This document shows, one piece after another, positions 17,430-25,933 of a stretch of DNA of 34,663 bases. Source of the stretch: a virus. Taxonomy: Duplodnaviria; Caudoviricetes. Each line of letters starts with the position of its first letter. The stretch's first letter is position 1. Location: positions 1 to 34,663 of IMG/VR virus record IMGVR_UViG_3300004213_000018; one strand, 5' to 3'. The position numbers and the translations under genes are program-made. Below the pieces are notes generated by a model. It was not told the DNA's origin. It searched no databases and worked only from the letters and a program-made list of their open reading frames with translations.

Positions 17430-19183
17430 GCTGCCTCCGTGAAGTGAAGAACCGGCCGCGTGTCGTCGACACGATTGGCCAGCTGGCTCTTGGCCGTGTT
17501 GATCTGGAAGATGCGCGTCTCGATGTCGGTGGTGTACCGCAAGAACGTCACGCGCAGCGTCTTCGTCCTGGACCCGCGGCTCGCGCGCCGGTAGGCCTGC
17601 AAGATGTTGGTGTCGAGATAGTCGAGCGAAACGAAGATCACATGATCGAACATTTCCCAGTTATAGCCGACCGCTACCGTCGGACCCGACCCCACAATGA
17701 CGTCCAGCTCGCCTCGCTGCGCCATCTCGTCGATGCGTGCGCGCTGCGGGCCGCTCGTGTCGCTGTTGATGAGTTCTGCACGCAGTCCCAGATCACGGGC
17801 GAGGCGAAGGAGACGTTCCTGCTCGGGCTTGAGGCTCGCGAACATCAGGCACTTGACGCCCTCCGACAGGTGGACCCGGAGACGTTCATCTTTTGCCGTC
17901 TCCTCACCCTTGGCGAGGCCCAGCGTCTCGGGGTGGCCCATGATCTGCCGGCACCGGATCAGGTTGACGCCCGGTAGGGTGCCATCCAGCGTCCGGCCAT
18001 CCTCCAGTTCGAGCATGGCTTGCTCTTCGAACTTGTCGTACTCGGCCTGCAGCTGCTCGTTGAGGTCGACATACTCGGTGAAGAACACGACGTCCTCCTC
18101 GCCGTAGACTTCCTCGAACGTGCGGCGGATCGAGTGGCGCTCGATGATCGCCTTCAGCTTGGCCTCGTTCTTCCAGACGATGACGCGATCGTAGTCGTCG
18201 GTGATCGCGGCGTGTTCGTAATAGAAGCCCTGCAGCGACCCATAATACCGCGGCTCGATCACGCTGATCGCGGCGTAGGCGCTGTCGAGGCGGCCGTTGA
18301 TGAGCGTGCCGGTCATGCCGACGAACCGCTCGACCTTGCGCATCACCCAGTAGAAGCTCTCGGTCGCCTTGCTGGTTGGCGTCGAGTAGCCGCCGGGCAT
18401 GTGCAGCTCGTCGACCAGCAGCAGCTTGGCGTCGGGGAACGCCGCGAGCAGCCGGTCATAGTGCTCCGACATGAAGGCGAAGGTGAAGATCACGACCTTG
18501 ACGCCCTGCTGAGCGTAATAGCCGATCAGGTCACGCGCCGTTTCTTCCTCGATCACGTCGTCGCGCATCGGCGTGACGCCATCCGGCATGAACTTGGGCA
18601 CGACTTCGAGGCCCGGAGGGCACTCCATGCTGCGCACAGGCTTGCCGCGCCCGTCGAGTGGTGCCCACTCGAACGAGGTGAGGTTGTCGGCCGTCTGGAA
18701 CGGCCGGCTGTACCAGAACTTGATCGCCTTGGCCTGCGCGGCGGCGCTCTTGCTGGTCTGCTTCGCTGCGGCGCGCTCACGCAGGGCGTGGGTGGTCGTC
18801 TGCTCGCCTGTTTGGACCACGCGAACCGGCCACGACTTGATCGTTTTCTGCCGCTGGATCGTTGGACCGGTCCAGCTGTTGGTCATCGCGAGGTGGTCGG
18901 TCTTGAGGATCGCAACGTCGTCGCCCGGCGTGTACCGCTTGGGGTTCTTGACGTTGAAGTCGGAGAAGCGACAAATCTCCTTGAGGTTCTTGTTCAGCAG
19001 CGACTTGGGCATTGACCAGAAGGTTCGGCCTTGCTGTCGTGCCCACACCCAATAGGCGTAGACGCAACAAGGAGGGGTCTTACCCGTTCCCGGATCGCTA
19101 AGATCGAGACATCTTGGGTTGGCGATATAGAAAGCAAGCTGTCCGACTTGTTTTTCGCGCAGCTGCGGGATCTCTTTTTCCAT
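17426..19183 (-). CDS. superfamily 2 (SNF2-like) helicase
   Basis: LREKQ, SDPGTGKT, LLVDELH, MTGTL, GYN, QAYRRASRG. AGGAGG RBS. Confidence 0.9.
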   Translation of the reverse strand: MEKEIPQLREKQVGQLAFYIANPRCLDLSDPGTGKTPPCCVYAYWVWARQQGRTFWSMPKSLLNKNLKEICRFSDFNVKNPKRYTPGDDVAILKTDHLAMTNSWTGPTIQRQKTIKSWPVRVVQTGEQTTTHALRERAAAKQTSKSAAAQAKAIKFWYSRPFQTADNLTSFEWAPLDGRGKPVRSMECPPGLEVVPKFMPDGVTPMRDDVIEEETARDLIGYYAQQGVKVVIFTFAFMSEHYDRLLAAFPDAKLLLVDELHMPGGYSTPTSKATESFYWVMRKVERFVGMTGTLINGRLDSAYAAISVIEPRYYGSLQGFYYEHAAITDDYDRVIVWKNEAKLKAIIERHSIRRTFEEVYGEEDVVFFTEYVDLNEQLQAEYDKFEEQAMLELEDGRTLDGTLPGVNLIRCRQIMGHPETLGLAKGEETAKDERLRVHLSEGVKCLMFASLKPEQERLLRLARDLGLRAELINSDTSGPQRARIDEMAQRGELDVIVGSGPTVAVGYNWEMFDHVIFVSLDYLDTNILQAYRRASRGSRTKTLRVTFLRYTTDIETRIFQINTAKSQLANRVDDTRPVLHFTEAA

Positions 19184-19216
19184 TGCGGACCTCCTGAAAC
19201 CTGTTAAACGTAAGCC

Positions 19217-19693
19217 ATGACAGCTTTACTATCCAGAGACGATGCCCAAAGCAAGAGCCTGCCCCGGTTCTTCACTGGGGTGCCCTGCCGTAACGGCCAC
19301 GTCGCCGAGCGATACACCAGCACCGGCCAGTGTTTTGCCTGCCTCTCGGCTTCCAACGAGAGGCGGTATCGAAGCAACCCGTCTGAGTTCAAAAAGAGAA
19401 GCCAAGAGTGGCGCAAGAAGAACCCAGAAAAGTATGCTCGCTCTAATAAGTCCAGTCGCTACAAAAAGGTATATGGGGTTACCATCGACCAAGTGGAAGC
19501 GATGGCCGAGGCTCAAGGGAACGCTTGCCCTGCTTGCGACTGTTCTTTTGAGGAGCGAGTTCCTCATATCGATCATTGTCATGCTACTGGAAAGGTGCGG
19601 GGTCTTCTGTGCGGACCCTGTAATCAAGCTCTCGGTCTGACCAAAGACAACCCCGAGACGCTGCGCCGCTTGGCGGCCTACCTAGAGCAGTGA
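19217..19693 (+). CDS. endonuclease VII-type (His-Me finger) free-standing nuclease, copy A
   Basis: YGVT...QGNACPAC...HIDHCHATGKVRGLLCGPCNQALG..KDNPETLRRLAAYL. N-terminal FTGVPCRNGHVAER..C..C. Antisense to its neighbours and visibly lower in GC. Confidence 0.9.
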   Translation: MTALLSRDDAQSKSLPRFFTGVPCRNGHVAERYTSTGQCFACLSASNERRYRSNPSEFKKRSQEWRKKNPEKYARSNKSSRYKKVYGVTIDQVEAMAEAQGNACPACDCSFEERVPHIDHCHATGKVRGLLCGPCNQALGLTKDNPETLRRLAAYLEQ

Positions 19694-19918
19694 CGGCCGC
19701 GGCAGGCGGCCCTTCTTGTCAGGCAGCAGGCACTTGTGCTGCACGTTACTGCCGGGTTCAATCAGGATCCAGCCGCCGCCCTTCTCATTGCCCCAGCGCA
19801 GGTTGCGCCGACCGCAGATTGAGCAGGTGACCGGGCGAGGCGCCGGCCGTCGCGGTGGGCGCCCCCAATTGCAGTCGCCGATCCAGCGATCGACGAGGGC
19901 GTCGGCATATTCGCCCAC
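19682..19918 (-). CDS. small zinc-ribbon protein
   Basis: MGEYAD...TCSICGRRNLRW...HKC. AGAGGA RBS. Confidence 0.7.
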   Translation of the reverse strand: MGEYADALVDRWIGDCNWGRPPRRPAPRPVTCSICGRRNLRWGNEKGGGWILIEPGSNVQHKCLLPDKKGRLPRPSLL

Positions 19919-20065
19919 GTCAGCTTCCTCTCTTGAGCATGTCCTCGATCCACGACCGACCCAAGGACGGCGTGGATACCATGATTACGGTCTTGGCCAT
20001 CTGCTCGGCCATACGCCGGCTGGCGACGCCGAGGCTATCCAGCTGACGGTTCAGTGGTCGGATTG

Positions 20066-20088
20066 CCTCACCCGCAGGGCGGATGAGG
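20066..20088 (-). other. RNA hairpin just after the nucleotidyltransferase stop
   Basis: CCTCATCCGC-CCT-GCGGGTGAGG with no U-tract. Confidence 0.4.
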
Positions 20089-20089
20089 T

Positions 20090-20845
20090 CTACGGGAAAG
20101 GGTGGCCGGCACTCCAGACTTGGCCGCCGTCAGCATAGAACTGCGGGTGGAAGTTGCCGAGGTTGAAGGACCAGTCCTTGTACTTCTCGGCCTTCAACCT
20201 GGCGAACCGCTCGACCGACTGCTGGAACGCTTCGCGACTGCGTTGCGTGCAGAGCCGAAACTGCCGATTGCGATAGTCCATGATGAACTGCCGGCCACGC
20301 CAGATTTCCTTGCCGTTGGTGGCGATCTGGCAGATGCCGAAGTCGAAACAGGAGAAGAGATCGTCGATCGTCTTGCCCCACTGCCCGACCACGATCTGGA
20401 AGGGCGGCGCGCCGGGGATCTCGAAGTCGACGACGCCGATGATGCGGTTGTCCGACCGCGGGTACATCTTGTCGCCAACGATTGTGCCCTCGACGCCGAC
20501 GCTCGCCAGCATGTCGACGACCTTACGCAGGTCCGTCTCGCGGTCCTCGTCGACCGGCACGAAAATGTCGATGTCCTTCACCGGCACGCCGACCGTGCGA
20601 TCGCGCAGGCAACCGCCGGCCATCACCGCGGTCGGGATCAGTTGGCGCACCAGCGCCAATCCGTCCAGCCACCGCTTGGGAATGTTGGTGACGTCGTTCA
20701 GTCCCGTCATGGGCATGTTCTCCAATATCATCCAGCGCCGGCCGAGCACTGGCTCGATGCCGTCGCTGTGTGGCCCGAGCTGCTTGATGTTGCGGCTCGG
20801 GCGCACGGTGGTGTACCTTACGCGGTCTGGGGGAGTGGACGCCAT
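20090..20845 (-). CDS. nucleotidyltransferase of the CCA-adding/poly(A) polymerase head type
   Basis: AVMAGGCLRD...VKDIDIF and FDFGICQI. Start uncertain: ATG 20845 or 20710, both with GGAG. Confidence 0.8.
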   Translation of the reverse strand: MASTPPDRVRYTTVRPSRNIKQLGPHSDGIEPVLGRRWMILENMPMTGLNDVTNIPKRWLDGLALVRQLIPTAVMAGGCLRDRTVGVPVKDIDIFVPVDEDRETDLRKVVDMLASVGVEGTIVGDKMYPRSDNRIIGVVDFEIPGAPPFQIVVGQWGKTIDDLFSCFDFGICQIATNGKEIWRGRQFIMDYRNRQFRLCTQRSREAFQQSVERFARLKAEKYKDWSFNLGNFHPQFYADGGQVWSAGHPFP

Positions 20846-21570
20846 TCCGGGTTCTCCCGAGGATAGCCGCGCGGGTTGGTGATGATCGGCACACCGTGGC
20901 GCACCACATTCACCGCGGCGTGGGTGTGGCCGTGGTGCCAGCGCAGGATGCGCTCGGCGTTGAAGGCCATGACCTGCTCCATCATCGGGTTCCAGTAATA
21001 TTGGTTCCCATCCGACCCGAGATACTTCGGATCGAGGCTGGCCTCGCACGGTGCTGTGTGGGTCACGACGATCGCCTTGCTGCCCTCGTCCATCTTGGAC
21101 AGCTGCTCGGCGACGTACTCGGCATGGCGCTTGGCGGCGTCGTTGACCTCGCTCGCGCAGCCGACCAGCTCGCCGTCCGACATGTAGTTCTTCCAGTGGC
21201 CGGCGTCGGCCACCTGATACCAGCCGTTGACGATGATGAGGTACAGGCCGTCGCGAATGCGCAGTGCGCGCGGCTGCGTCGGCTTCTGCATGGTCGCCGC
21301 GGCGGCCATCATCTCATAGAACCGGTCCTCCGTCTCGCGGATCGACCGGCCGGCGCGCTTGTTGGCGTAGTGCTCGTGGTTGCCGTCGCAGGCCAGCACC
21401 TGATGGCCCTTGCGGGCCAGCTTCTCGACGAACTTGAAGTTGCCGAGGCCGTTGCCGAGGTTACCGGCGATCAGGATGCGCCGCTCCCAGTCCATCACCG
21501 AAAGGCGATGGGCGTGGGCGTGGTCCATGTGCAGATCGGACGACAGGCTGTAGTCGAAGCGTTCCATCAT
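20818..21570 (-). CDS. calcineurin-like metallophosphoesterase
   Basis: SDLH, AGNL (usually GD), GNHEHY, THTAP, HGHTH, NPRGY. Confidence 0.88.
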   Translation of the reverse strand: MMERFDYSLSSDLHMDHAHAHRLSVMDWERRILIAGNLGNGLGNFKFVEKLARKGHQVLACDGNHEHYANKRAGRSIRETEDRFYEMMAAAATMQKPTQPRALRIRDGLYLIIVNGWYQVADAGHWKNYMSDGELVGCASEVNDAAKRHAEYVAEQLSKMDEGSKAIVVTHTAPCEASLDPKYLGSDGNQYYWNPMMEQVMAFNAERILRWHHGHTHAAVNVVRHGVPIITNPRGYPRENPEWRPLPQTA

Positions 21571-21695
21571 TCTTCCAGCAGTTTCTTGAGCAGGCGCTTG
21601 CTCTTGCGCAGCGCCTCCTTCTGGGGTGGATCCATCTGCTCGGTGATCGAGCGGGGCAGGTCGGGAGGCGGAAGCCTAGAACTGGACTCTTTCAT
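21567..21695 (-). CDS. possible 42-aa basic peptide
   Basis: Hand translation MKESSSRLPPPDLPRSITEQMDPPQKEALRKSKRLLKKLLEE fills the gap and overlaps the next start. Confidence 0.4.
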   Translation of the reverse strand: MKESSSRLPPPDLPRSITEQMDPPQKEALRKSKRLLKKLLEE

Positions 21696-22059
21696 AGCTG
21701 ATCTCGTTCACTTGCTCGGTGGTGAGAGTGAACGCGATCGTTGCCTTGGCCTTGCCGCCCTGCGCCCGCGGCGAACACCGCGGGTCAGGGTGAGCGAAAA
21801 TCGAAACCTCGATCGCGTTCGTCTTGGCGTGTGCGCTGACGAACAGACGCTTGAATTTCAGCACAAGGCCCTTGACCAAGGTGACCCGGTCTAGATGTTG
21901 GGTGGCCTGCTTGTAGTCCCACGGCTTGTCGGGATGCGTGATGGTCCAGATCGAGTGGAGATCGGGCACCTTCCAGCCGTACGGCGCGTCGGTGGTCATG
22001 ATGGTCACGTCGTCAGTGACGCGGATCAGGTCGCCGACCTTGGGGATGAACATCTTCAT
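21676..22059 (-). CDS. hypothetical protein
   Basis: 127 aa, coupled, phage-like codon use. Confidence 0.7.
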   Translation of the reverse strand: MKMFIPKVGDLIRVTDDVTIMTTDAPYGWKVPDLHSIWTITHPDKPWDYKQATQHLDRVTLVKGLVLKFKRLFVSAHAKTNAIEVSIFAHPDPRCSPRAQGGKAKATIAFTLTTEQVNEISYERVQF

Positions 22060-22376
22060 CGCACGCGCTCCACGCGATTGGGTGAGGTGATCTGCACGTT
22101 CTTCCCGCCGACCTCACGAACGGCGATCTGGTTGTGCTCGAAAAAGTGCAGCAGCTCGTAGTGGACGCCGTCGGCGTCGTTCTTGAACCGCACGACGTCG
22201 CCCTTAGCGACCGGCTGCTCGACGATCGTGAAGGCCGTCTCGCGCTGCAGTAGCCAGCCGATCTCACTGCCGTTGGGCAGGAGCTTGGCCATGATCTGCT
22301 GGCCGCCATCATACGGCGCAACCGAAGTGACGACGGCCTTGAGCTGGACGACGTCGCCCTTACGCAGCGCGGCCAC
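22056..22376 (-). CDS. hypothetical protein with two KGDVV (SH3/KOW-like) units
   Basis: LRKGDVVQL and VAKGDVVRF. Confidence 0.7.
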   Translation of the reverse strand: MAALRKGDVVQLKAVVTSVAPYDGGQQIMAKLLPNGSEIGWLLQRETAFTIVEQPVAKGDVVRFKNDADGVHYELLHFFEHNQIAVREVGGKNVQITSPNRVERVR

Positions 22377-22959
22377 GCGCAGCCTCCATGCGGTCGTAGC
22401 CGCACAGGTCGTTGAACCGCATCAGCCAGTTGCGCTTTGCCATGCGTGGCGTCCAGCTGGTCAGGTCGACCAACGGCAGCAGATGCTCGAACTCGACGCC
22501 TTGCAGCACCTCGTGCGCCCCGCGGTCGCCCTTGATGTGAACCATTTCGAGGCCCAGCATCTGCCGGTCAGCGAGGTGGACGGCCGGCGACATCTCGACC
22601 GGCACGCCGAACGTCGGCGCGGTGACACGCTCGATGTTGCGCTCGATCGTCTTGAAGCCAGGGTTGGCCACCTTGAGCGGCGTCGTGATGTCGTTGGTGA
22701 AGCCCTCACTGCGGTCATGCAGCAGCGCCTCGTACTGGAGGTCTTCGTCGCCATCGACGATCAGGCTCGTGTTCACGAGGTGCTGGCAGATCGAGTAGAA
22801 GTACGGCAGGTGGCCGGCGAAGCGACAATTGTTCGACAGCGGTGTGACCATGTCGTCAAGCGACACGTCGGCGCGGGGGTTCAGGTAATCGAACAGCTGG
22901 CCGGACAGCAGGGTGATGCCATCGGTCAGCGGGATGACGTCGCTCGGGATAGGGCGCAT
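22360..22959 (-). CDS. HD-domain phosphohydrolase (YfbR-like 5'-deoxynucleotidase family)
   Basis: CRFAGH...YSICQH...ALLHDRSEGFTNDITTPLK...VHLADRQML. Confidence 0.85.
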   Translation of the reverse strand: MRPIPSDVIPLTDGITLLSGQLFDYLNPRADVSLDDMVTPLSNNCRFAGHLPYFYSICQHLVNTSLIVDGDEDLQYEALLHDRSEGFTNDITTPLKVANPGFKTIERNIERVTAPTFGVPVEMSPAVHLADRQMLGLEMVHIKGDRGAHEVLQGVEFEHLLPLVDLTSWTPRMAKRNWLMRFNDLCGYDRMEAARGRAA

Positions 22960-22972
22960 GATTGTCTCCTTG

Positions 22973-23010
22973 CCAAAGAAAAGGCCCGACCACCTTGCGG
23001 TGGCCGGGCC
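22973..23010 (-). terminator. intrinsic terminator
   Basis: Minus strand GGCCCGGCCACC-GCAA-GGTGGTCGGGCC-TTTTTCTTT. Confidence 0.88.
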
Positions 23011-23034
23011 GAAGAAGTCAAGATGTCGCTGCGA

Positions 23035-23268
23035 TTATTTCCGCAGCGCGTTCGAGATGGTGCGGAAGAAAGCAACGAGCACGCCGCCGGCAGCGACGAT
23101 GCCGCCGACCGCCTCGGGCGTCGCCACAGCGGCGGGCAGGTGCCCGGTCGCTGTCAGCAGGCCGAAGAACGTCAGCAGGATCGCGGTGATGTTCGTCTTG
23201 GACGTCCACTTGGACTTGACCTCGACAGTCGCGAGCGCGCCGACAACGGGGGTGGTGGTTTCGGTCAT
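23035..23268 (-). CDS. small two-TM membrane protein (holin-like)
   Basis: KSKWTSKT followed by two TM segments and a basic C-terminus. GGAG RBS before ATG 23268. Confidence 0.7.
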   Translation of the reverse strand: MTETTTPVVGALATVEVKSKWTSKTNITAILLTFFGLLTATGHLPAAVATPEAVGGIVAAGGVLVAFFRTISNALRK

Positions 23269-23279
23269 GGGGTTCTCCA

Positions 23280-25652
23280 TTATGCGGCGCTCTTGAAGTC
23301 GATCGGGCACGCGCCACTCGCGCAATCGACATGCTCACGGCCGATGTCCTCTTCCATCTGCTCCGCGATGGCGCGGGCGACGGCTTCGAACTGGGCCTTG
23401 GTGACTGGTTCCTCGGGGAGATATTCGTAGGCCGACGAGCCCGCGTCGGTCTGCGGCATCACCGAGCAGGCACGAACGACGGCCTGATTGGTGGTCAGCG
23501 TGTCGAGGAACTGGTCATACGACGTGTCCTCGAACTTGTACTTCAGCGTGTAGCTGATCTGACCGCCGTGGCGTTCCTCGCCGGGCCGAGCTTCCTGACC
23601 GGCAACGTACTCGCTGACCGAGCCGCCTTCGATCCAGAAGAACTCGCCCAGCTTGAGCCAGTCGTATTGCTCCTGCGGCGTCGCATCGCCGGCCAACACG
23701 AGCTTGTCGCCCATGCCGAGCGTGGCGATCGTCGGCTCCGTCGGGAAGCCCACGATGGTCGTGCCCTGATAGGTCTGCAGTTCGCGGGTCGGATAGCCCT
23801 TGGCCCGGTATTCGGCAACCTGCGGGGCGTCGTTGCGGAACTGCACCCAGCGCAGGTAGTAGGCCATCGCCGGCAGATGCCAGCCCTCCGACAGACCGAA
23901 CAGCTTGCTGGTCGTGCCGGCCGGCTTGATCGTGGTGACCGTGTGCGGCCGGCTGACGCCCAGCTTGTCGGCGTAGTCGAAGGCGGCGCGCATCGTGTTG
24001 CGGCCGTAATGACCTTGGAACTCCCAGAAGGCCGCGGCGCGCACGCCCTCGTCCTCGACCTGCATCAGGTCGCGGATCAGCTGCATCGGGTCGACAAAGG
24101 GCAGATAGGTGGCGGCGAGGTTCATGTACCGATCGAACGCCGGGCGCACCAGCGCGCGGAAGCCGACGCGGAAGAACTTCCACGCGAACTCATGGACACC
24201 GGTCTGGCCGACGCCGATGCGGTTGGTCCGCTGCGTCTCCTTGCCGTACAGGTTGTCCATCAGGTTCACGCGGATCAGCGCGCGCGCCGAGTGGCCGCCG
24301 GCATCCAGCACCTCGTCCAGTGTCTCGGCGTGGAAGGGGACGTTGTCCGCGATCACGCAATAGCCGCCGTAATTGGCGAGCGGGATCTCGCCGCAGGGGT
24401 TGACGATCGTGTAATACTTCTTGCCAGCGGCGCGCTTGGCGATCGCGGCGAGCAGGATGCGGCTCTCGTCCATCACCTGATACCGCTTCGAGCCGACGAA
24501 GCTGCCGTCGAGCAGCGACTGCTGGCCGCGCTCCTTCTGCGTCAGCTGGTCGAGGTTGAGATACCCCGGCTCGCCGGTGCCGTCAGCGTAGGCGCACTCG
24601 CTGGCGAGGCGGTGGACCTCACGAGCGTGGCGCGTCATCTCGCTGTTGTAGCCCTGATCGCCGGGCGTCAGGGCGAGGCGACGCCAGAAGTCCGCGTCGA
24701 CGCCAATCGAATTGTTCGACGACCACAGGAACGGGAAGGGCAGGTTGCCCTCGGCCTTGCGGGCGATGATGCCGTCGAGGTCGAGGCCGGCCAGCTCCAG
24801 CGGGCGCTTGACGGTAATGAACTGCAGCACGCTCTTGTCGCGCCACGTCTTCACCGCCATCCGGGCCGCGCGGCGCGCGCCGCCGACCAGCACCGGCTCG
24901 GCGAGATAGTGGTCGACGTACATCGCCTGCTTCCAGCGCGGCATGCCCGCGCCCTTGAGCGTAGCGATCTTGTGCAGCGCGTCCATCATCGGCTTCGGAC
25001 CCGACGACGGGCGACCCTGCATGCCCATAATGGGCGAACCCTTCGGGCGGACGCCCGAGAAATTCAGAACTAGCAGGTGGTCACGGAACGCCTTCTGGAA
25101 CGCCATCGTCTCGATGCGCTCGATCGCCATGCCCCAGCCCTCCCGGCTGTCCGGCACGTCGAACCAGTGGACGTTCTCGCCCTGCCCGTATTTGTGCTGG
25201 GCGTCGCGCAGGCTCTCGTCCGCGCCCCAGACGTAATCGGCGTGCGTCTCGTCGAGCACGCAGCGGACGGTGGGCATGTCGTCCCAGTTCACGACCATCA
25301 TGTCGTCGTCATAGGAACGACCGACGCCCGACCCGTTCAGGAGAAGGTAGAAGAGGAGGAACGACGCCGCGCTGGTCGAGCAGTTCGAGAAGACTTCGAG
25401 ATTGCGACCGGGCTGGTCGGCGTCGCCGTGCTGGAGGTGGCGACCGCTCATCAGGATCGTGGCGGTGCGAAGGTGGTTGCGGAAGCCGGCGAGGTCAGCC
25501 TGGCCGGTCGGGTGCATCAGGGTGTTGCCAAGGGAAACGCGGTCGGCGACGTCGCCCCAGTCTTCGCCGGGGCGAAGGATCGTTCGGTCTGCAACCGCCT
25601 TACCCATGCCGGGGTGGAAGGAACGGGCGGGTGCAAGCATGTCGGTTGGCAT
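23280..25652 (-). CDS. nrdJ: class II (adenosylcobalamin-dependent) ribonucleotide reductase
   Basis: SGRHL, FSNCS, LNGSGVG, GGARRAA, GEPG, NPCGEI, TTIKPAGTTS and C-terminal CASGACP. No beta-subunit gene nearby. Start ATG 25652 with GGAG. Confidence 0.9.
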   Translation of the reverse strand: MPTDMLAPARSFHPGMGKAVADRTILRPGEDWGDVADRVSLGNTLMHPTGQADLAGFRNHLRTATILMSGRHLQHGDADQPGRNLEVFSNCSTSAASFLLFYLLLNGSGVGRSYDDDMMVVNWDDMPTVRCVLDETHADYVWGADESLRDAQHKYGQGENVHWFDVPDSREGWGMAIERIETMAFQKAFRDHLLVLNFSGVRPKGSPIMGMQGRPSSGPKPMMDALHKIATLKGAGMPRWKQAMYVDHYLAEPVLVGGARRAARMAVKTWRDKSVLQFITVKRPLELAGLDLDGIIARKAEGNLPFPFLWSSNNSIGVDADFWRRLALTPGDQGYNSEMTRHAREVHRLASECAYADGTGEPGYLNLDQLTQKERGQQSLLDGSFVGSKRYQVMDESRILLAAIAKRAAGKKYYTIVNPCGEIPLANYGGYCVIADNVPFHAETLDEVLDAGGHSARALIRVNLMDNLYGKETQRTNRIGVGQTGVHEFAWKFFRVGFRALVRPAFDRYMNLAATYLPFVDPMQLIRDLMQVEDEGVRAAAFWEFQGHYGRNTMRAAFDYADKLGVSRPHTVTTIKPAGTTSKLFGLSEGWHLPAMAYYLRWVQFRNDAPQVAEYRAKGYPTRELQTYQGTTIVGFPTEPTIATLGMGDKLVLAGDATPQEQYDWLKLGEFFWIEGGSVSEYVAGQEARPGEERHGGQISYTLKYKFEDTSYDQFLDTLTTNQAVVRACSVMPQTDAGSSAYEYLPEEPVTKAQFEAVARAIAEQMEEDIGREHVDCASGACPIDFKSAA

Positions 25653-25683
25653 CAGGTTCTCCGTGACAAAAGGAGGACCGGTG

Positions 25684-25708
25684 TAGCGAGCCGCTGGCCG
25701 GCTCGCCA
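25684..25708 (-). other. hairpin in the nrdJ upstream region
   Basis: Minus strand TGGCGAGCCG-GCCAG-CGGCTCGCTA. Confidence 0.45.
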
Positions 25709-25720
25709 CGCCAATCGACG

Positions 25721-25735
25721 GAGTTACCCGGCAAT
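25721..25735. repeat. short site GAGTTACCCGGCAAT upstream of nrdJ
   Basis: AGTTACCCGGCAA is identical to the copies at 2399 and 16560. Intergenic, a few bases past a stop codon. Confidence 0.75.
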
Positions 25736-25738
25736 GCG

Positions 25739-25933
25739 TTATGCGGTGGACTTCGGTTGCGGCCCGTGCCGGGCGATGAAGGATGCGATGCGTCGGTTCA
25801 CCGCCTCGCTGCTGGTCGGCAACATGTCGCGGAGCTTCTCAACGGTGTGCAGCACCATGCCAGGCAGGTGCTTGTTGGCGTTGAACTTGAGCATTTCGTG
25901 CCAGTAAGCGGCACCCTGTTCGTAGAGGATCAT
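25739..25933 (-). CDS. hypothetical protein
   Basis: 64-aa ORF with ATGA coupling. Confidence 0.6.
   Translation of the reverse strand: MILYEQGAAYWHEMLKFNANKHLPGMVLHTVEKLRDMLPTSSEAVNRRIASFIARHGPQPKSTA

Noticed and set aside
18540-18960. Intein in the helicase (also considered for polymerase and RNR)
   Set aside because: No C/S...HN-C/S/T splice junctions or LAGLIDADG motifs were recognised.
23331-25073. 580-aa plus-strand ORF and similar long antisense ORFs (873-1967, 10944-12362, 12501-13622, 33226-34314)
   Set aside because: They mirror well-supported minus-strand genes. Long antisense frames are expected from high-GC codon bias, and they show no motifs or RBS.
2395-25735. Palindromic sites as CRISPR repeats or integron attC sites
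   Set aside because: They are not tandem with spacers, the core is not GTTRRRY, and no cas or integrase gene is in the window.
25653-25738. Cobalamin riboswitch upstream of nrdJ
   Set aside because: The region is only about 85 bp and lacks the B12-box; it contains just one simple hairpin.
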